From: Octopus sinensis
Lineage: Eukaryota
Assembly (NCBI RefSeq): GCF_006345805.1
Contig: NC_042997.1
Location: 25,730,001-25,794,000, forward strand
Direction: 5' to 3'
Length of the DNA stretch: 64,000 nucleotides
The translations under genes and the position numbers were made by a program. The stretch's first letter is position 1. Each line of letters opens with the position of its first letter. Below, piece by piece: positions 11,642 through 24,229 of the stretch. The notes under the pieces were generated by a model that was not told the origin of the DNA, searched no databases, and saw nothing but the letters and a program-made list of their open reading frames with translations.

Positions 11642-11711
11642 CATAATAATAATAATAATAATCATAAAATAATAATAATAATAATAATCATAATAATAAT
11701 AATAATAATAA

Positions 11712-11748
<37 letters not shown>

Positions 11749-11750
11749 TA
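11045..11750. repeat. ~700-bp (AAT)n array inside the PLE 3' region
   Basis: Direct inspection. Explains the poly-I/poly-N/poly-Y ORFs. Confidence 0.95.
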
Positions 11751-12829
11751 GTTTGAGAGAAAGGGAAATAATAATGTGCTGGTGATCCTAGGAGAATGTG
11801 CGCGTGCGTATGTGTGTATTTGACAATGATGTGTATGAATAGGAGTGAGAGACACTGATGTGCGTATGTGCGTGTGTAAGGTGTGTGTGTTTGTATGCAT
11901 GTGCTGTGTGTAGCAGTTGAGCTATGAACGCGGTGTGCACATGTGTGTGCGTGTCTGTGGCTAAACAGTGTGTCTGTGCCTGGTATATATATATTTGGGC
12001 AAAAGTTATATTTGTCTATGTATGTTGCGTGTGTATGTATATATAGCCTGTTTTCAGGTATTATGTGCCTGTGTGGATGTTGGAGTGTTCATGATAGTGT
12101 GTGGTGTGTGTACTGATTTAAACAGTGTGTGTCTGCTCGTGTAGTGGTACCTGTGGTGACGCTATTGAAGATTGTGTGTGGGTGCATGACGATGGTGTCT
12201 GGGAAGGGATCAGTGCTAGTGTGTGTGGAGTGATGTAGGGTCGTATAAGAGGAGAGAGGCGGTGAGATAGGTGTCAGATGAAGAGAGAAGGTGAGTTGAG
12301 CTCATATGGGGCAAAGAAGGGAAGAGAGAAGATTAATTCTTGTTCACGGCAAAAGTGGGAGTCCGGATGCTGGCCCCTGTGCAAAGACATTCCGAATATA
12401 GACGTAACACACACATACACACACACACAGACCCACGTGCACGCACACAGCGCACTGACCAGAAAAAATACAACACATATACATACACTTATGCATTTAC
12501 ACGCAAATACACACCATTCTTTACTTATGAGTAATGCATATAAACCTCCAAACACCAGCTGAAACTACCGAACCATAACTGAACCAGCTCACCAAAAAGC
12601 CTTACTTGGTTCCACAACAACTATTAGAAATCAGAACGATCGTGAATTACCTTTTGATTATGTGACTGCCATCAACCACCCACACAGTATTTAGAGAGAA
12701 AGCAATTCTAAGCCACCTTTTAAAAAAAAAACAGTACTATGCTTTGACTGCCATCAACCGACCACATTGCTTTTTAAAAAGAAGACAATTTTGAGTCGCC
12801 ATCTCTATATAAACTAGTGGCAACTGTCA

Positions 12830-13400
12830 AATTCCATCTGGATGCGAGACCCTACAGCCAGATCCGAAAACTATAAATGGTCTGTTATGTCTTCACCCAA
12901 CTTTCTTTCAATTTAAGATGCTGTAAACAATTATGGTCTCTGATCACAGTGAGACTAAAACTTTAGCACCCACTGATGGACAAACCAGACACGTTTTATC
13001 TTCTTGTCAAAAACTCTATTACTTTGTTTGCATATATCTATGTAAACTCATTTTTATCTTCTTATCATTGTAAAAAAAAATTATTACCTGATCTGAATGT
13101 TTTTTCTTGGTATGAATTTTGATATTCACAAAGAAATGTAAACCTCATACAAGATAAATTCGTGATTTATCAAAATCACCTTGCTTCAAAAGAAACTGTG
13201 AAAGCACCCACGAATAATTTTAAACAAGTTAAGAATGAAAAGGAATGGAAGTCTCAAGTGACCAACCGATTTTACGAATTCATATGCCATAGGGTCAAAT
13301 GGGGGTCTTTTTCCCTTTTGAAGACGTCTAGTTATAAGCTCGTGTTTATGCCCTAATTGAGTTATCAGCACAGTACCGTGCGACAATGATCTAGGTAGTC
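12830..13400 (-). mobile_element. Decayed L1/Tx1-like reverse transcriptase fragment
   Basis: Minus-strand KGKRPPFDPMAYEFVKSVGHLRLPFLFILNLF resembles the KSPGPDG..EFYK.F...L.P.L..LFN motif at the start of L1/Tx1 RT. Confidence 0.4.
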
Positions 13401-13531
13401 ATAATATTGCAACATATAGTCAAGAATGCCACAAGAAAACATTTAAGAAATTGAATAATTTGGATAATAACCTCCCCCCCGCCAAAAAAACCCCCAAAAG
13501 CAGCCAGGTTGGTTTAAGTTCAAATAATACT

Positions 13532-13960
13532 GTAGAAGTGGCTGCGTGGTAGGTAGCTTTCTTACCAACCACATGGTTCCGGGTTCAGTCCGACTGCGTG
13601 GCACCTTGGGCAAGTGTCTTCAACTGTAGCCTCGGGCCGACCAAAGCATTGTGAGTTGAGTGTTAGACGGAAACTGAAAGAAGCCCGTCGTATATATGTA
13701 TAGATATATATATATGTGTGTGTGTGTGTGTGCGTGTGTGTGTGTGTGTGTATGTTTGTGTGTCTGTTTTTTTCCTCCGAACATCGATTGACAAACGATG
13801 CTGGTGTGTTTACGTCCCCGTAACATATCGGTTCGGCAAAAGTGACCTAATAAATTAATTAATACTACGCTTACAAAGAATAAATCCTGGAGTCAATTTG
13901 CTCGAATAAAGGCGGTGCTACAGTATGGCCACAGTCAAATGACTGAAACAAGTAAAAGAG
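13532..13960 (+). mobile_element. tRNA-derived SINE family C with internal (TA)/(TG) microsatellite
   Basis: Head gtggctgcgtggtaggtag...ggttcagtcc, CORE-like ccttgggcaagtgtctt, internal microsatellite, tail gactgaaacaagtaaaagag. Matches 26767, 36468 and 45271. Confidence 0.88.
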
Positions 13961-14248
13961 TAATATGTGTTTGTGTTTGGGGTGTGTGCTATGTATATAT
14001 TCACGTACGTATACACATACTCATGCACACCCCACACACATACACATACATACATACATACAAGCATAAAAACACTCATTTATACAAGCTTGCAACTACT
14101 CACACACACACATAGTGCATGTTATCGAAAGATATGCGTGGTATGGTCTCTTTTCTTGTTTCGTTATTCTTGCATATTTTATTTTTACACAACTTTTATA
14201 AGGAGTTCACCCGAAAGGTCAGTCTACTTTTACCTTTCTTTCTTTTAG

Positions 14249-14343
14249 GCGACGTACAGTTGTACGATAACGTGGAACTTCATAGTTTAAAAACGCAGCT
14301 GCTACCAATTGTTAGAGAGAAAGAAAACAAAAGCACAATATAA
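14249..14343 (+). CDS. Possible terminal coding exon (GDVQLYDNVELHSLKTQLLPIVREKENKSTI*), product unknown
   Basis: Polypyrimidine tract tttacctttctttcttttag then an open frame to TAA, with AATAAA ~110 nt downstream. No recognised homology. Confidence 0.25.
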
Positions 14344-15044
14344 TAATATCCGCAGTGTCACATGAATGATATTTTAGGTATTGTATACATTTGGGTTACC
14401 GGAAAATGAGACTTAAAAAAGCAGAAAGAAACATAATAGATTATATCTAAATAAATGTATTTTTATAATATTCGAATATTCTACATTAAAAGTAAAGCAT
14501 GTTGCACAATTATCAACTGTTCGTTTATGTATAAATGTATTCATGCATAAGAAAATTTAATTTAGACCTCTGCTACATTTCCACTGTTAAAAGTTTCATA
14601 TTTAAAACGGAAAAGATTATCACTCAGAGAAATAGAAACGCAAAAAAAAAAAAAACAATCGAGAATATAATTATAAATGCGCAAAGTATTCTCTTGATGA
14701 ACAATTATATTAAGTATATAAACACAGGAAAGATAGGAAAAATATGTAAATTCATTTAAGTTAGTATCACAGAGTAAATAAATATAACTGACATGAAACA
14801 GGACATTAACCCTTTACGTGCGATGAACATAACATTGAAATTGGACGAGATTGACACGACCATAAACAAAGATATTATTTGAACAATAGGTAAAATAATC
14901 TCATTAAAAGTTATAGTATTTGAATTAATTCTTCGCAATAATAATAAACTCGATTTCGGTTGTTGGGTACGTTACGGGCATATATATCAACGTTAAGATA
15001 TCTCGAGTTTATAACTGTCATTTACTTCATATAATAATCGTAGT

Positions 15045-15377
15045 GTGGAGGCGCAATGGCCCCGTGGTTAGGGCAGCGGACTCGCGGCCATAGGATCACG
15101 GTTTCGATTCCCAGACCGGGCGTTGTGAGTGTTTATTGAGCGAAAACACCTAAAAGCTCCACGAGGCTCCGGCAGGGGATGGTGGTGATCCCTGCTGTAC
15201 TCTTTCACCACAACTTTCTCTCACTCTTACTTCCTGTTTCTGTTGTACCTGTATTTCAAAGGGCCGGCCTTGTCACTCTCTGTGTCACGCTGAATATCCC
15301 CGAGAACTACGTTAAGGGTACACGTGCCTGTGGAGTGCTCAGCCACTTACACGTTAATTTCACGAGCAGGCTGTTCC
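15045..15377 (+). mobile_element. SINE family B, 3' end truncated
   Basis: Near-identical to 42588-42915 and to the reverse complement of 8705-9030. Confidence 0.88.
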
Positions 15378-15398
15378 TGATATGTATATGTATCTATA

Positions 15399-16212
15399 TT
15401 GGGCTGGCGACTAAGTTCCCGCCGATTATTTTTATCTAAATTTTTTAAAAGGTTTAATTAAAAATAACAATTAATTAATCAATAATGTATTCACCGTTAT
15501 TGTTTACAACTTCTTCCCAAATCCGTTGGTGCCATATCAGGAGAGTACAGAGGGTGTGGCAGCACTTCCCATCCATGCTTTTGAATGGCTTGTTTGGTCA
15601 TATTGGCGATATGAAGACGGGCGTTGTCATGCAGCAGAATTCCATGTTGCCGATTAGGGCTTTTCTCATGAATAGCGTGTTGAGTCGTTCCATCCGTTGA
15701 ATATAGAGTTCCGCGTAACCGTTTGGTTCCGTTCAAGCAATTTGAAATGAACAAACCCTTCCTAGTTTCACCATACGCACAACATCGTTTTACGCGGATG
15801 AAGATCTTGTTTTACGCGGATGAAGATCTTGTTTCACGCGTGATGTCGCTTGTTTAACGGGGTTGAACCATTTCTTAAGCTGCTTCATATTGATGTACAG
15901 GCACCATTTTTCTTTGCTAGTAACGATTCGGAAAAGAAATCGTTGCATGAGTTGAGCGGTAACGAGCAAGCAACCCAGCGGAGATTGTGGCGCTTTGATA
16001 TTTGTTGTCACTTAAAGCATGCGGAACACATGTTCCATACTTCTGAAACTTTCCCATCGAGTGAAGATGCTTCTCTATAGCAGTGTGGGAGCATTCCAGT
16101 TTCTCTGCATGTTCCCCTGTCGTTTGACAAGAATTTTCGTGCAAAAGTTAGTTTAACCACTCTTCATCGAACTCAACTGCACGGCCAGAACGAGGTCAAA
16201 ATTTCCGAGACT
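15399..16212 (-). mobile_element. Mariner transposon remnant (DD34D; mauritiana/mellifera-like), 5'-truncated and internally deleted
   Basis: Motifs RIVTS.EKW.LYIN, LLHDNAR.H, WEVLPHPLYSPDMAPTD. Terminal TA|ttgggctggcgactaag TIR at 15397. 22-bp tandem duplication at 15787-15830. Confidence 0.85.
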
Positions 16213-16283
16213 ATAGTAGAAGACATTTGCCCAAGGTGCCACGCAGTGGGACTGAACCCAGAACCATGTGGTTAGTAAGCAAG
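16213..16283 (-). mobile_element. SINE family C head fragment
   Basis: Reverse complement of gtggctgtgtggtaagtagcttgcttac...ccttgggcaaatgtcttctactatag. Confidence 0.8.
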
Positions 16284-16552
16284 CTACTTACCACACAGCC
16301 ACGTGGAAATGCTGGTGGTTCGTTTTCCAACTTATTCGTTTTTATATTTACACTCTCCACTTAAATATCTTTCGTAAAGCTTTCATTTGTTGTAATATTT
16401 TCATTTTAGTTTCTTTGAAAGTGTTGTTTTCACGATGCGTATGGTCGCTTGGTTCTTCTTTCGATGCTGCTGCTTCTGTTGTTTCTGCTGCTGTTGTAGC
16501 TGCTACAATTTTTGCTTTTATAGAATTGCTAATGTTATAGTTTTAGCTGTTA

Positions 16553-17844
16553 CGAGGGACGTTCAATAAGTAATGCCTCTGACCTACTTGCAATTGTTTG
16601 ATCTAGCTGGAATTTTGCATGTGTAATTGCTTATATCTTTAGCGATTAAGGGGAAAATTACAGCTCTGAACTAATTGTGGTTTCAGATTTACAGGTTTTT
16701 TAACTGAGTCAAGTGTGAAATGGAGCCTGTTGAGTGTCGAGCAGTGATCCGATTTTTATATTTGAAAGGACGCACACCACGGGAGACTTTTGGTGAAATG
16801 AAAATAACTTATGGTGATGATGCCCCATCATATGACCTTATAAAACGCTGGCATCGTGAATTCAAACATGGTCGGAACTCTGTGGAAACAGCTCACAGAT
16901 CTGGTCGCCCCCCTTCTTTCGATTGATGAGGCATCTGTCCGTCAAGTTGAGGCTGCCATTTTGGAATATCGACGCATAACTATTCGCTAAATAGCCCATG
17001 AGGTCAAGATTAGTATCGGGTCTGTGGAAACTATCATTCATGACAATTTGCATATGCAAAAGGAGTCTGCCAGATGGATTCCCAGGCTGATCACATCTTT
17101 CCAGAAGCAAGAATGCGTCGAGTGCTCGAGGATGAATTTGGAGATATGCCAAGAAGATGAGTCAAATTTTTTCAAAAGACTGATTACACAGGATGAAACC
17201 TGGGTCCATCACTATGATCCAGAGACCAAAGCCTAGTCAATGCAGTGGAAGCACACTGACTCACCTCCTCCAAAGAAGGCAAGGGTGCAGCGCTCCGCTG
17301 GCAAGGTCATGCTCACAGTCTTCTGGGACCAGGACGGAGTAGTGATGACAGATTTCCTGGCAAAGGGTACCATAATTATAGGAGCCTATTATGCTTCACT
17401 TTTGAGGAAATTAAGAGAAGTTATCAAAATCAAGAGGCGGGGCAAGATCAGCAAAGGCATCCTCCTCCTGCAGGACAACGCTCCAGTCCACAACTCGCTG
17501 TCGCCAGATCAGAAGCACAGGCGTGCGGCTATGAACTCCTCCCCCATCCCCCTACTCTCCTGACCTTGCACCCTCAGATTTTCACCTCTTCCCAGCCATG
17601 AAGTTGTTTTTGAAAGGAAAGTGTTTTCCAAATGATGCAGCCTTGATTTCTGAAGTCACGTCGTGGTTGGAGGACCAAGCTGGGGTCTTCTACAAAAACG
17701 GTCTCCAGAGCTGCATCACACGATGAGAGAAATGCGTTACTCTGGGTGGTTTCTAGATAGAAAAAGACTAATAACTGTGCCAAGTTTCGTTGCTCTACTG
17801 CTATGGGAAGTGGGTCAGGGGCATTACTTATTGAACGCCCCTCG
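16553..17844 (+). mobile_element. Full-length mariner transposon, irritans (Himar1-like) type
   Basis: TIRs tacgagggacgttcaataagtaatgcctctgacc (16551-) and its reverse complement ending at 17846, 32/34 identical, with TA duplications. Length ~1.29 kb. Confidence 0.93.
16720..17760 (+). pseudogene. Mariner transposase pseudogene
   Basis: MEPVECRAVIRFLYLKG...RSGRP; ITQDETWVHHYDPETK; SAGKVMLTVFWD; QDNAPVH; PYSPDLAPSDF. Contains frameshifts and in-frame stops (TAA ~16988, TAG ~17234). Confidence 0.9.
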
Positions 17845-18640
17845 TACGTCTAGTGCTGCAGCGGGTATTTCAGCTGTTATTGTAGCACGCTTATGGCAGT
17901 ATTGTATTGTAGCTACTGTTGTGTTACGGAGTCTGAAGCATCTACGATCGCCATATTTTCTCCCAGTTATAAGCATCGAACCGTTAGTATCACACCAGGG
18001 GCTGTTGTTCTGCACCATAATGCAAATTTCTGTTCAATTTTGCAGCTGAACTATATCCTGGATGTGTTGCAGGCATTCCCGTTTCACCTTTGGTAGGATT
18101 TTCTGTACTCTTTCTGACTAATTCACTGATCTATGTTTTTCTTATATCCATCAAATTGTACCCCTGTACGAAAACTCATATTACAACCCACCTAATATTG
18201 AGATCTCATGGCACACCGGATATATTTATCTTCATCAACCGTCGTCTCAGATACGCGAGAGTGAGGACAATTTCCTCACCCCTCCAGGAAGCAAATAATT
18301 GCTTCAATGTACAGTTCTCGTCGACTAATTGCTCTTCAATGGTGTCAAATTGTTGGGCTTATTGACGAAGTCTATATTTTTCGCTAGCACGTTTCCACTT
18401 GAGCGTATGTTACCATTTTCACATGAAGGTTTTTCACTGACAAGCTTGTAGTAGTAGTGCTGCAACTAGTTTGAGCTGTCACCGTATTAGTTTTAGTGGC
18501 AGTGTTAGACTTCTCAACGGTAGTAGTCGTTACAGACTGTGTTTGTTAGTCTTAGTTATTGTAGTGTTCAGGATAGTGATAATGGTAGTGTTCCTTTGTT
18601 ATCATACACTGTTTCGCCTGCATTATTTCTGCCGTTATTG

Positions 18641-18735
18641 TCTTCTTCTTCTTCTTCTTCTTCTTCTTCTTCTTCTCCTTCTTCTTCTTCTTCCTCTTCT
18701 TCTTCTTCTTCTTCTCTTCTTCTTCTTCCTCTTCT

Positions 18736-18767
<32 letters not shown>

Positions 18768-18995
18768 TTCTTCTCTTTCTTCCTCTTCTTCTTCTTCTTC
18801 TCCTTCTTCTTCCTCTTCTTCTTCTTCCTCGTCTTCTTCTTCTTCTTCTTCTTCTCCTTCTCCTTCCTCTTCCTCTTCTTCTTCCTCTTTCTTCTTCTTC
18901 TTCCTCTTCTTCCGCTTCTTTCTCTTCTTCTTCTTCTTCTTCTTCTTCTTCTTCTTCTTCTTCTTCTTCTTCTCCCACTCCTCCTCCTTCTTCTT
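18641..18995. repeat. (TTC)n/(TCC)n polypyrimidine microsatellite
   Basis: Direct inspection. Confidence 0.95.
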
Positions 18996-19079
18996 CCAAT
19001 CAGGTCTCACGCCATTAGCCACAAAGAATAATCTCTAATTCGTGCCTACTCTAAGCTACTAAGAATGCGTGTGGCAACT

Positions 19080-19460
19080 TGAAGATCCACCCACCACACG
19101 CGATAGACTGGCGGTTGCACGGGCGTGAAAGCTACGTTGTTATCCTCATTCCGTAAACGGTGGCTTTTAACGGATGGAGAGCTAAACCATCCTGGGGTAC
19201 AAAGAATTCGCAATCTAGACTACGGTCTGAACGTTTACCACACCATAGTGGGTTACACCATGGTTCCTCTGCTTTGTGGCAGAAGTAGGAAGAGAGTGAA
19301 AGTTGTGGTGAAAGAGTACAGTGGGGTTCATCCCGCCGGAGCCTCGTGGAGCTTAGGTGTTTTTGCTCAATAAGCACTCACAACGCCCGGTCTGGGAATC
19401 GAAACCGCGTTCTTACGAGCGCGAGTCCGCTGCCCTATCCACTGGGTTATTGCGCCTCCA
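19080..19460 (-). mobile_element. SINE family B variant with a different 3' module
   Basis: Head and first ~170 bp match family B. The remainder (~19080-19290) is unrelated to the 8649/42588 tail. Confidence 0.75.
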
Positions 19461-19753
19461 CATTGTTGCTGTTGTATCTGCTCTCACTACTAACTACTGT
19501 GGTTATGGATATGATGTCGGCGACGGTGGTGATGATAATACTCAGTCATCACAATCTTGTCTTTTCTGTCGTCAATGCTAATGCTGCTCTCGATATTTTT
19601 TTTTCGATTCCACGATGAATGGTGAGAGAATTTGTCGGTTATTGACCTCCTCTTTGGTATGTTCTTTGTCAACTATTCGTTGTTATTGCTGTTGTTCTTG
19701 TTGATGCATTTTTTGGTTGTAGTTGAAGCTGTTTCTGCTGTTGCTGCTCTTGT

Positions 19754-19785
<32 letters not shown>

Positions 19786-20131
19786 CTCTCTGTGCTCGTC
19801 GTGACAGCGGTTGTGTAGCTTTTCAATATTTTCTCTTTGAATAAGAATAAATCTCCGTTACTTGATCGACTGAGGAAGAGAGTCTCAAGGATAAGTTCCA
19901 AATTTCTTTTAAAATCCTACATTTTTGGTCATTTATTACGCTCTATTAAAAGCCTACATCATTCAAATTCATGCTTTTTGAAAACAAATGTGTTCAGTAT
20001 TTTGCTCAGAAATTTGAATATCAAACGTACACGAAGCCAAAGAGAGTTAGACAGTTCCTAAAGATTTTGGTTCCTTGACAATAGGTAAATTACATATATT
20101 TACCATGAAACTGAGCCTAGATATAGGAATA

Positions 20132-20519
20132 CTCTTTTCTACTCTTGGCACGATGCCCGAAATTTGGGGGAGGGGGATATTCGGTTAGATCGACCCCAGT
20201 ACGCAACAGGTACTTAATTTATTGATCCCGAAATAAGGAAAGACAAAGTCAACCTCAGCGGAATTTCAACTCCTATTTGAAATACCTATTTTTTTAATAC
20301 CCACAAGGGGCTAAACACAGAGAGGACAAACAAGGACAGACAAACAGATTAAGTCGATTACATCGACCACAGTGCGTAACCGGTACTTAATTTATCGACC
20401 CCGAAAGGATGAAAGACAAAGTCGACCTCGGTGGAATTTGAACTCAGAACGTAACGGCAGTCGAAATACTGCTACGCATTTCGCCCGGCGTGCTAACGTT
20501 TCTGCCAGCTCGCCGTCTT
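20132..20519 (-). mobile_element. SINE family A dimer with 15-bp TSD
   Basis: ctagatataggaata (20117-20131) and ctagatataagaata (20520-20534) flank the head, two units and tail. Confidence 0.9.
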
Positions 20520-21128
20520 CTAGATATAAGAATATTAAGAATAAATGAATCCATAACAGATGCAGCGTACTTGACTCGAAGTTGTTACTACAACGAACAA
20601 GAATAACATCAACGAAAATGATGATGTGGAGGAAGAAGAAAGAAAGAGGAGGAGGCGGTGGGGATTGTTATCATGAGGAAAAGCTTCAACAGCAAAAGGG
20701 ATAGAAAAATTAGGGACCGTACTGTGAGATGTTAAGAGCTCAGCAATCATAAAACTTAACCTCCTTCTAGTTTGAGAGACTAATAACTAAACTGTATGTG
20801 TGGATAACTTCTAGATAGATAATTGCACAAAAGTAACAGAATAATCGACGAAAAAAATGGGAGAGAGGGATAGATATAAAAACACATATAAAAATAGATA
20901 TGAAAAACAGAAAAGAAAAATTGTATGGAATACTCGGATAGAAAAACTGAACAAAGAAAGGGAGCAAGGAAGAGAAAGTTCATAAATTTACAAGTTCAAC
21001 AACTGTTATTTGTTGCCTGCAGGTAGGAAATTAGAGACGCCATTAACAGTTAATTGCGGATGTTATAACAATACGGATACTGGTATTTTAATATTTTATT
21101 TTAATTATTTACAATGTTTACTATATTT

Positions 21129-21162
<34 letters not shown>

Positions 21163-21449
21163 ATGCTTGATTGTTAGCAAAAAAAAACAAAAACAAAAAA
21201 AAACCTTGTGGTATTTATTCGTATATTATTTTTCAGTCTAATTTGTTGTTTTTTTGTTTTTTGTTTTTTTGTTTTTTTTTTTACTGTTTGTTCGTTTATA
21301 ACCAATCTTCTTTCGCTCGACATGTTACATTTCTTCGGTTTCTTCCTTAATTACAATTAATTGTTACATTACACCCTCTGCTTTCATGAACTTTTATAGC
21401 GTTTTTCGTTTATTTCCGTATACTTTCCATTCTTTCAACAAGAAGATAC

Positions 21450-21466
21450 CATTATTATCATTATTA

Positions 21467-21509
<43 letters not shown>

Positions 21510-21562
21510 CATTATTATCATCATCATCATTATTATTATTATCATTGTTGTTATTATTGTTA

Positions 21563-21599
<37 letters not shown>

Positions 21600-21612
21600 C
21601 ATTATTATTTTC
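21450..21612. repeat. (ATT)n/(ATC)n microsatellite
   Basis: Direct inspection. Confidence 0.95.
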
Positions 21613-21999
21613 ATCATTGATTCTAGAAATTGATTTAGAATAATTCACTATTAACTACTTTTATATATATATATTTATATTTATCTTTCACTCTCATCCT
21701 CATATTTTAATAGTCAGTGATTTTCTTGATATTTAAAAAAATTTTTTCTTTCTTCCATTCATTCTCGATATTTTATATAAGATTTTTTTTTTATAAGAGA
21801 GAATATTATTCATTCTTGAAAAAATGCAAATATAATGTTTGTAACTGATATGTATTCCTTTTTACATTTCAATTTAAGATTTAAATTTTTATTTTCCCAT
21901 CTTTTTGACGATTTTCATTATTTTTTCATTTCCTTATAAGGTTTCCTTAAAAAAAGGTAAGTTCCACTTAACTTCAAATAACATATACATACGTACAAT

Positions 22000-22015
22000 A
22001 TGTATACATACACAT

Positions 22016-22047
<32 letters not shown>

Positions 22048-22180
22048 TTCGATTCGATTCGTTTGGTTTGGTTCGTTTCTTCTTCTCTAAGCTGGTTTAT
22101 ATTGTACATATATATATACATTTATAGATATATAATACACGCACAACATATATATGTATATATATATAAGTGTGTGTATG

Positions 22181-22213
<33 letters not shown>

Positions 22214-22299
22214 ATATATATGCATATATACATATATATGCAGAGGGAGAATACATAGATTTATATTGTTATATAAGCAAATTTTATGTTGTTATTTGG

Positions 22300-22340
<41 letters not shown>

Positions 22341-22350
22341 AGTGTGTGTA
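22000..22350. repeat. Compound (TA)/(CA)/(TG) microsatellite tract
   Basis: Direct inspection. Confidence 0.9.
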
Positions 22351-22604
22351 CATACACACATATGTATTTATTATATGTGTACATAATAATGCGCACACGC
22401 AACGCATATGTCTGCGAGCCTCTATATTATACATTGGATGCTTGATTTACACTGGTGTGAACTGCAATAGTCGAAAATTATCATGAATGTAATAGTATTT
22501 ATTCAAAGCTGAGCCTGTGTTTGTCACTACTCAGAGATTTTGATCCGTGAGCTTCAGAGGCTTCAAGACTGGGAAAGAATGTTTTGAATTAGGATAAGTA
22601 ATAC

Positions 22605-22765
22605 AATGATGATGATGAGAAGGAGGAGGAGGAAGATTATGATAATGATGATAATGATGATGATGATGATTATGATGATGGTGATGATTATGATGATGAT
22701 GATGATGATGACGATGATGACGATGATGATGATGGTGGTGATAATAATAATAATAATAATAATAT
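22605..22765. repeat. (GAT)n to (AAT)n compound microsatellite
   Basis: Direct inspection. Confidence 0.95.
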
Positions 22766-23609
22766 GAACGTGCTACACCGGTCTCTGCATTCAAAAGCAA
22801 ATCTAATCTAATAACGTCGGTGGAATGGTATAAAGGAATAAGTGGAAAACCTGAACGAAGTGGACTTTTTGCGAAAATAATCACAAAAACGAAATTTTAC
22901 TGCCATATGAACCACAGTATTTTCTATGCACGATGTCTCAGTGAAACATATGCGAAACAACCACGCGAAATCAACATCGGAATGTTTACAAATTGTACAA
23001 TATAAATGGAACAAAACAGTAAGTACATAAATTGAGAAATTGTGCCTACACGCGAATGTCTACACAATCATATATAACTTTTAATACCCATATGATTACA
23101 CATACATCCCAATGTTTAGACAACTACGTGAAATGTGCGGGACACACATACACGTCTATGAAAACACGTGTCACTAACGAAGCAAAAACAAAAGAAAACT
23201 TCTTTTATTTTTCGAACTAACACAGGCAGAATGGGCAATTCATATGTTTAAAAACACCACAAAAAACTATGCCTGGAGATAAATTTATGAACAAAAAATA
23301 CATACGAATACAGATCTGTTAGCCTTTAGAAGCTATGTTACGAGTAATGTCTTCATGCAGAGAACTCCAAAATGTAACCCTAATCAGATAGATCCGTTCC
23401 CCCAATGTTAACGTCCAAGCAAAATACAAACCCAATTCTCTTCATCCGGATCACCAAGGATCGCGTACTCGAATGATGAACCAGGTTCGATTAGAAAAAT
23501 CAGCTACTGGTTCAAATCTTCCTGAAACACAGGAGCTGGAAGTACCCCACAACTGGAATATTCCTATAGATGGTCATCCATGCTCGTCATCAAATAGCAA
23601 AAATTAAAA

Positions 23610-23850
23610 GAATGAAAAATGGTCTAGGGCAGATAATAAAGATGTTCTTAAGGCCATCTATCATGACATATATTTCCCCACAAATAAATCTAATACTGTA
23701 GAAACCTACTTAAACTGGAAACAGAAACACCTGTAAGTAAGACTCTACGCAAACAGTAACAAACTTGCTAAAGTCAGAGGAAATATTCTGGAAAAGAAAT
23801 TACTAACTGAATTAGACAAATTAAACAATCAATAAGGGATAAAAGGAACG
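23610..23850 (+). mobile_element. Decayed R4/Dong-like LINE, N-terminal ORF fragment
   Basis: KWSRADNKDVLKAIYH...TYLNWKQK...NKLAKVRGNILEKKLLTELD resembles the N-terminal region of R4-clade ORFs. Confidence 0.45.
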
Positions 23851-24229
23851 AAGTTGCAGCTAAAGAAGATACAACAGAGGAAATAATTATAAACCAGCCC
23901 AGGTCTGATGAAATTGCAATAAATTTTATATTAGTAGTGCTACTAGTGTGTTTGTGTTGCCTCCGAAGTGCCCTTTTCCGATAATGAGGAATAGTAGCGG
24001 AGTCAATCATTACTGTTCCACTTGAATACTGTTTATGTCATTTTACTCACAAATCGTTTGAGGTTTTCATAATTTTATCATTTTACTCACAAATTGTTTG
24101 AGTTTTTCACAAGCCGGAGTTAATGTGTTTTTATAGTTTCACTTAAACCTCTCAACGCAGACTTGGTGGAATCCCCTTAGGATGCATGTGTAAAATGTCA
24201 GGGTGTATAGAAACGTATCATCATCAACG

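Larger units (their letters stand above)
10752..12405 (-). mobile_element. Second, diverged 5'-truncated PLE copy (family alpha)
   Basis: 12290-12400 aligns with 2345-2450 (REQELIFSL...P..LNSP end of GIY-YIG). Terminal repeat 10752-10960 resembles 1346-1560 including the hammerhead. Ends in (TA)n. Confidence 0.8.

Noticed and set aside
11045-11750. Long ORFs of poly-I/N/Y/H/S/E/K/M here and at 18471-19031, 21386-21648, 30464-30850, 33380-33737, 38088-38903 and 58730-59386
   Set aside because: They are translations of trinucleotide or dinucleotide microsatellites that lack stops in some frames; there is no other coding evidence.
12662-12803. Imperfect ~83-bp direct repeat starting tgactgccatcaacc
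   Set aside because: Real but old and two-copy, with no associated structure; treated as an ordinary local duplication, like 24038-24109 and 25628-25661.
15045-15120. tRNA-like sequences with A and B boxes (also at 511, 26767, 42588 and 62847)
   Set aside because: They lack a proper acceptor stem and continue into SINE bodies with TSDs, so they are SINE heads, not tRNA genes.
18060-18460. Possible CR1-type endonuclease relic on the minus strand (VFVQGYNLMD)
   Set aside because: Similarity is limited to a few residues amid many stops and cannot be supported without a profile search.
22530-22590. Short peptide-like frame EILIRELQRLQDWERMF
   Set aside because: Too short, no GT donor, and adjacent to a microsatellite.
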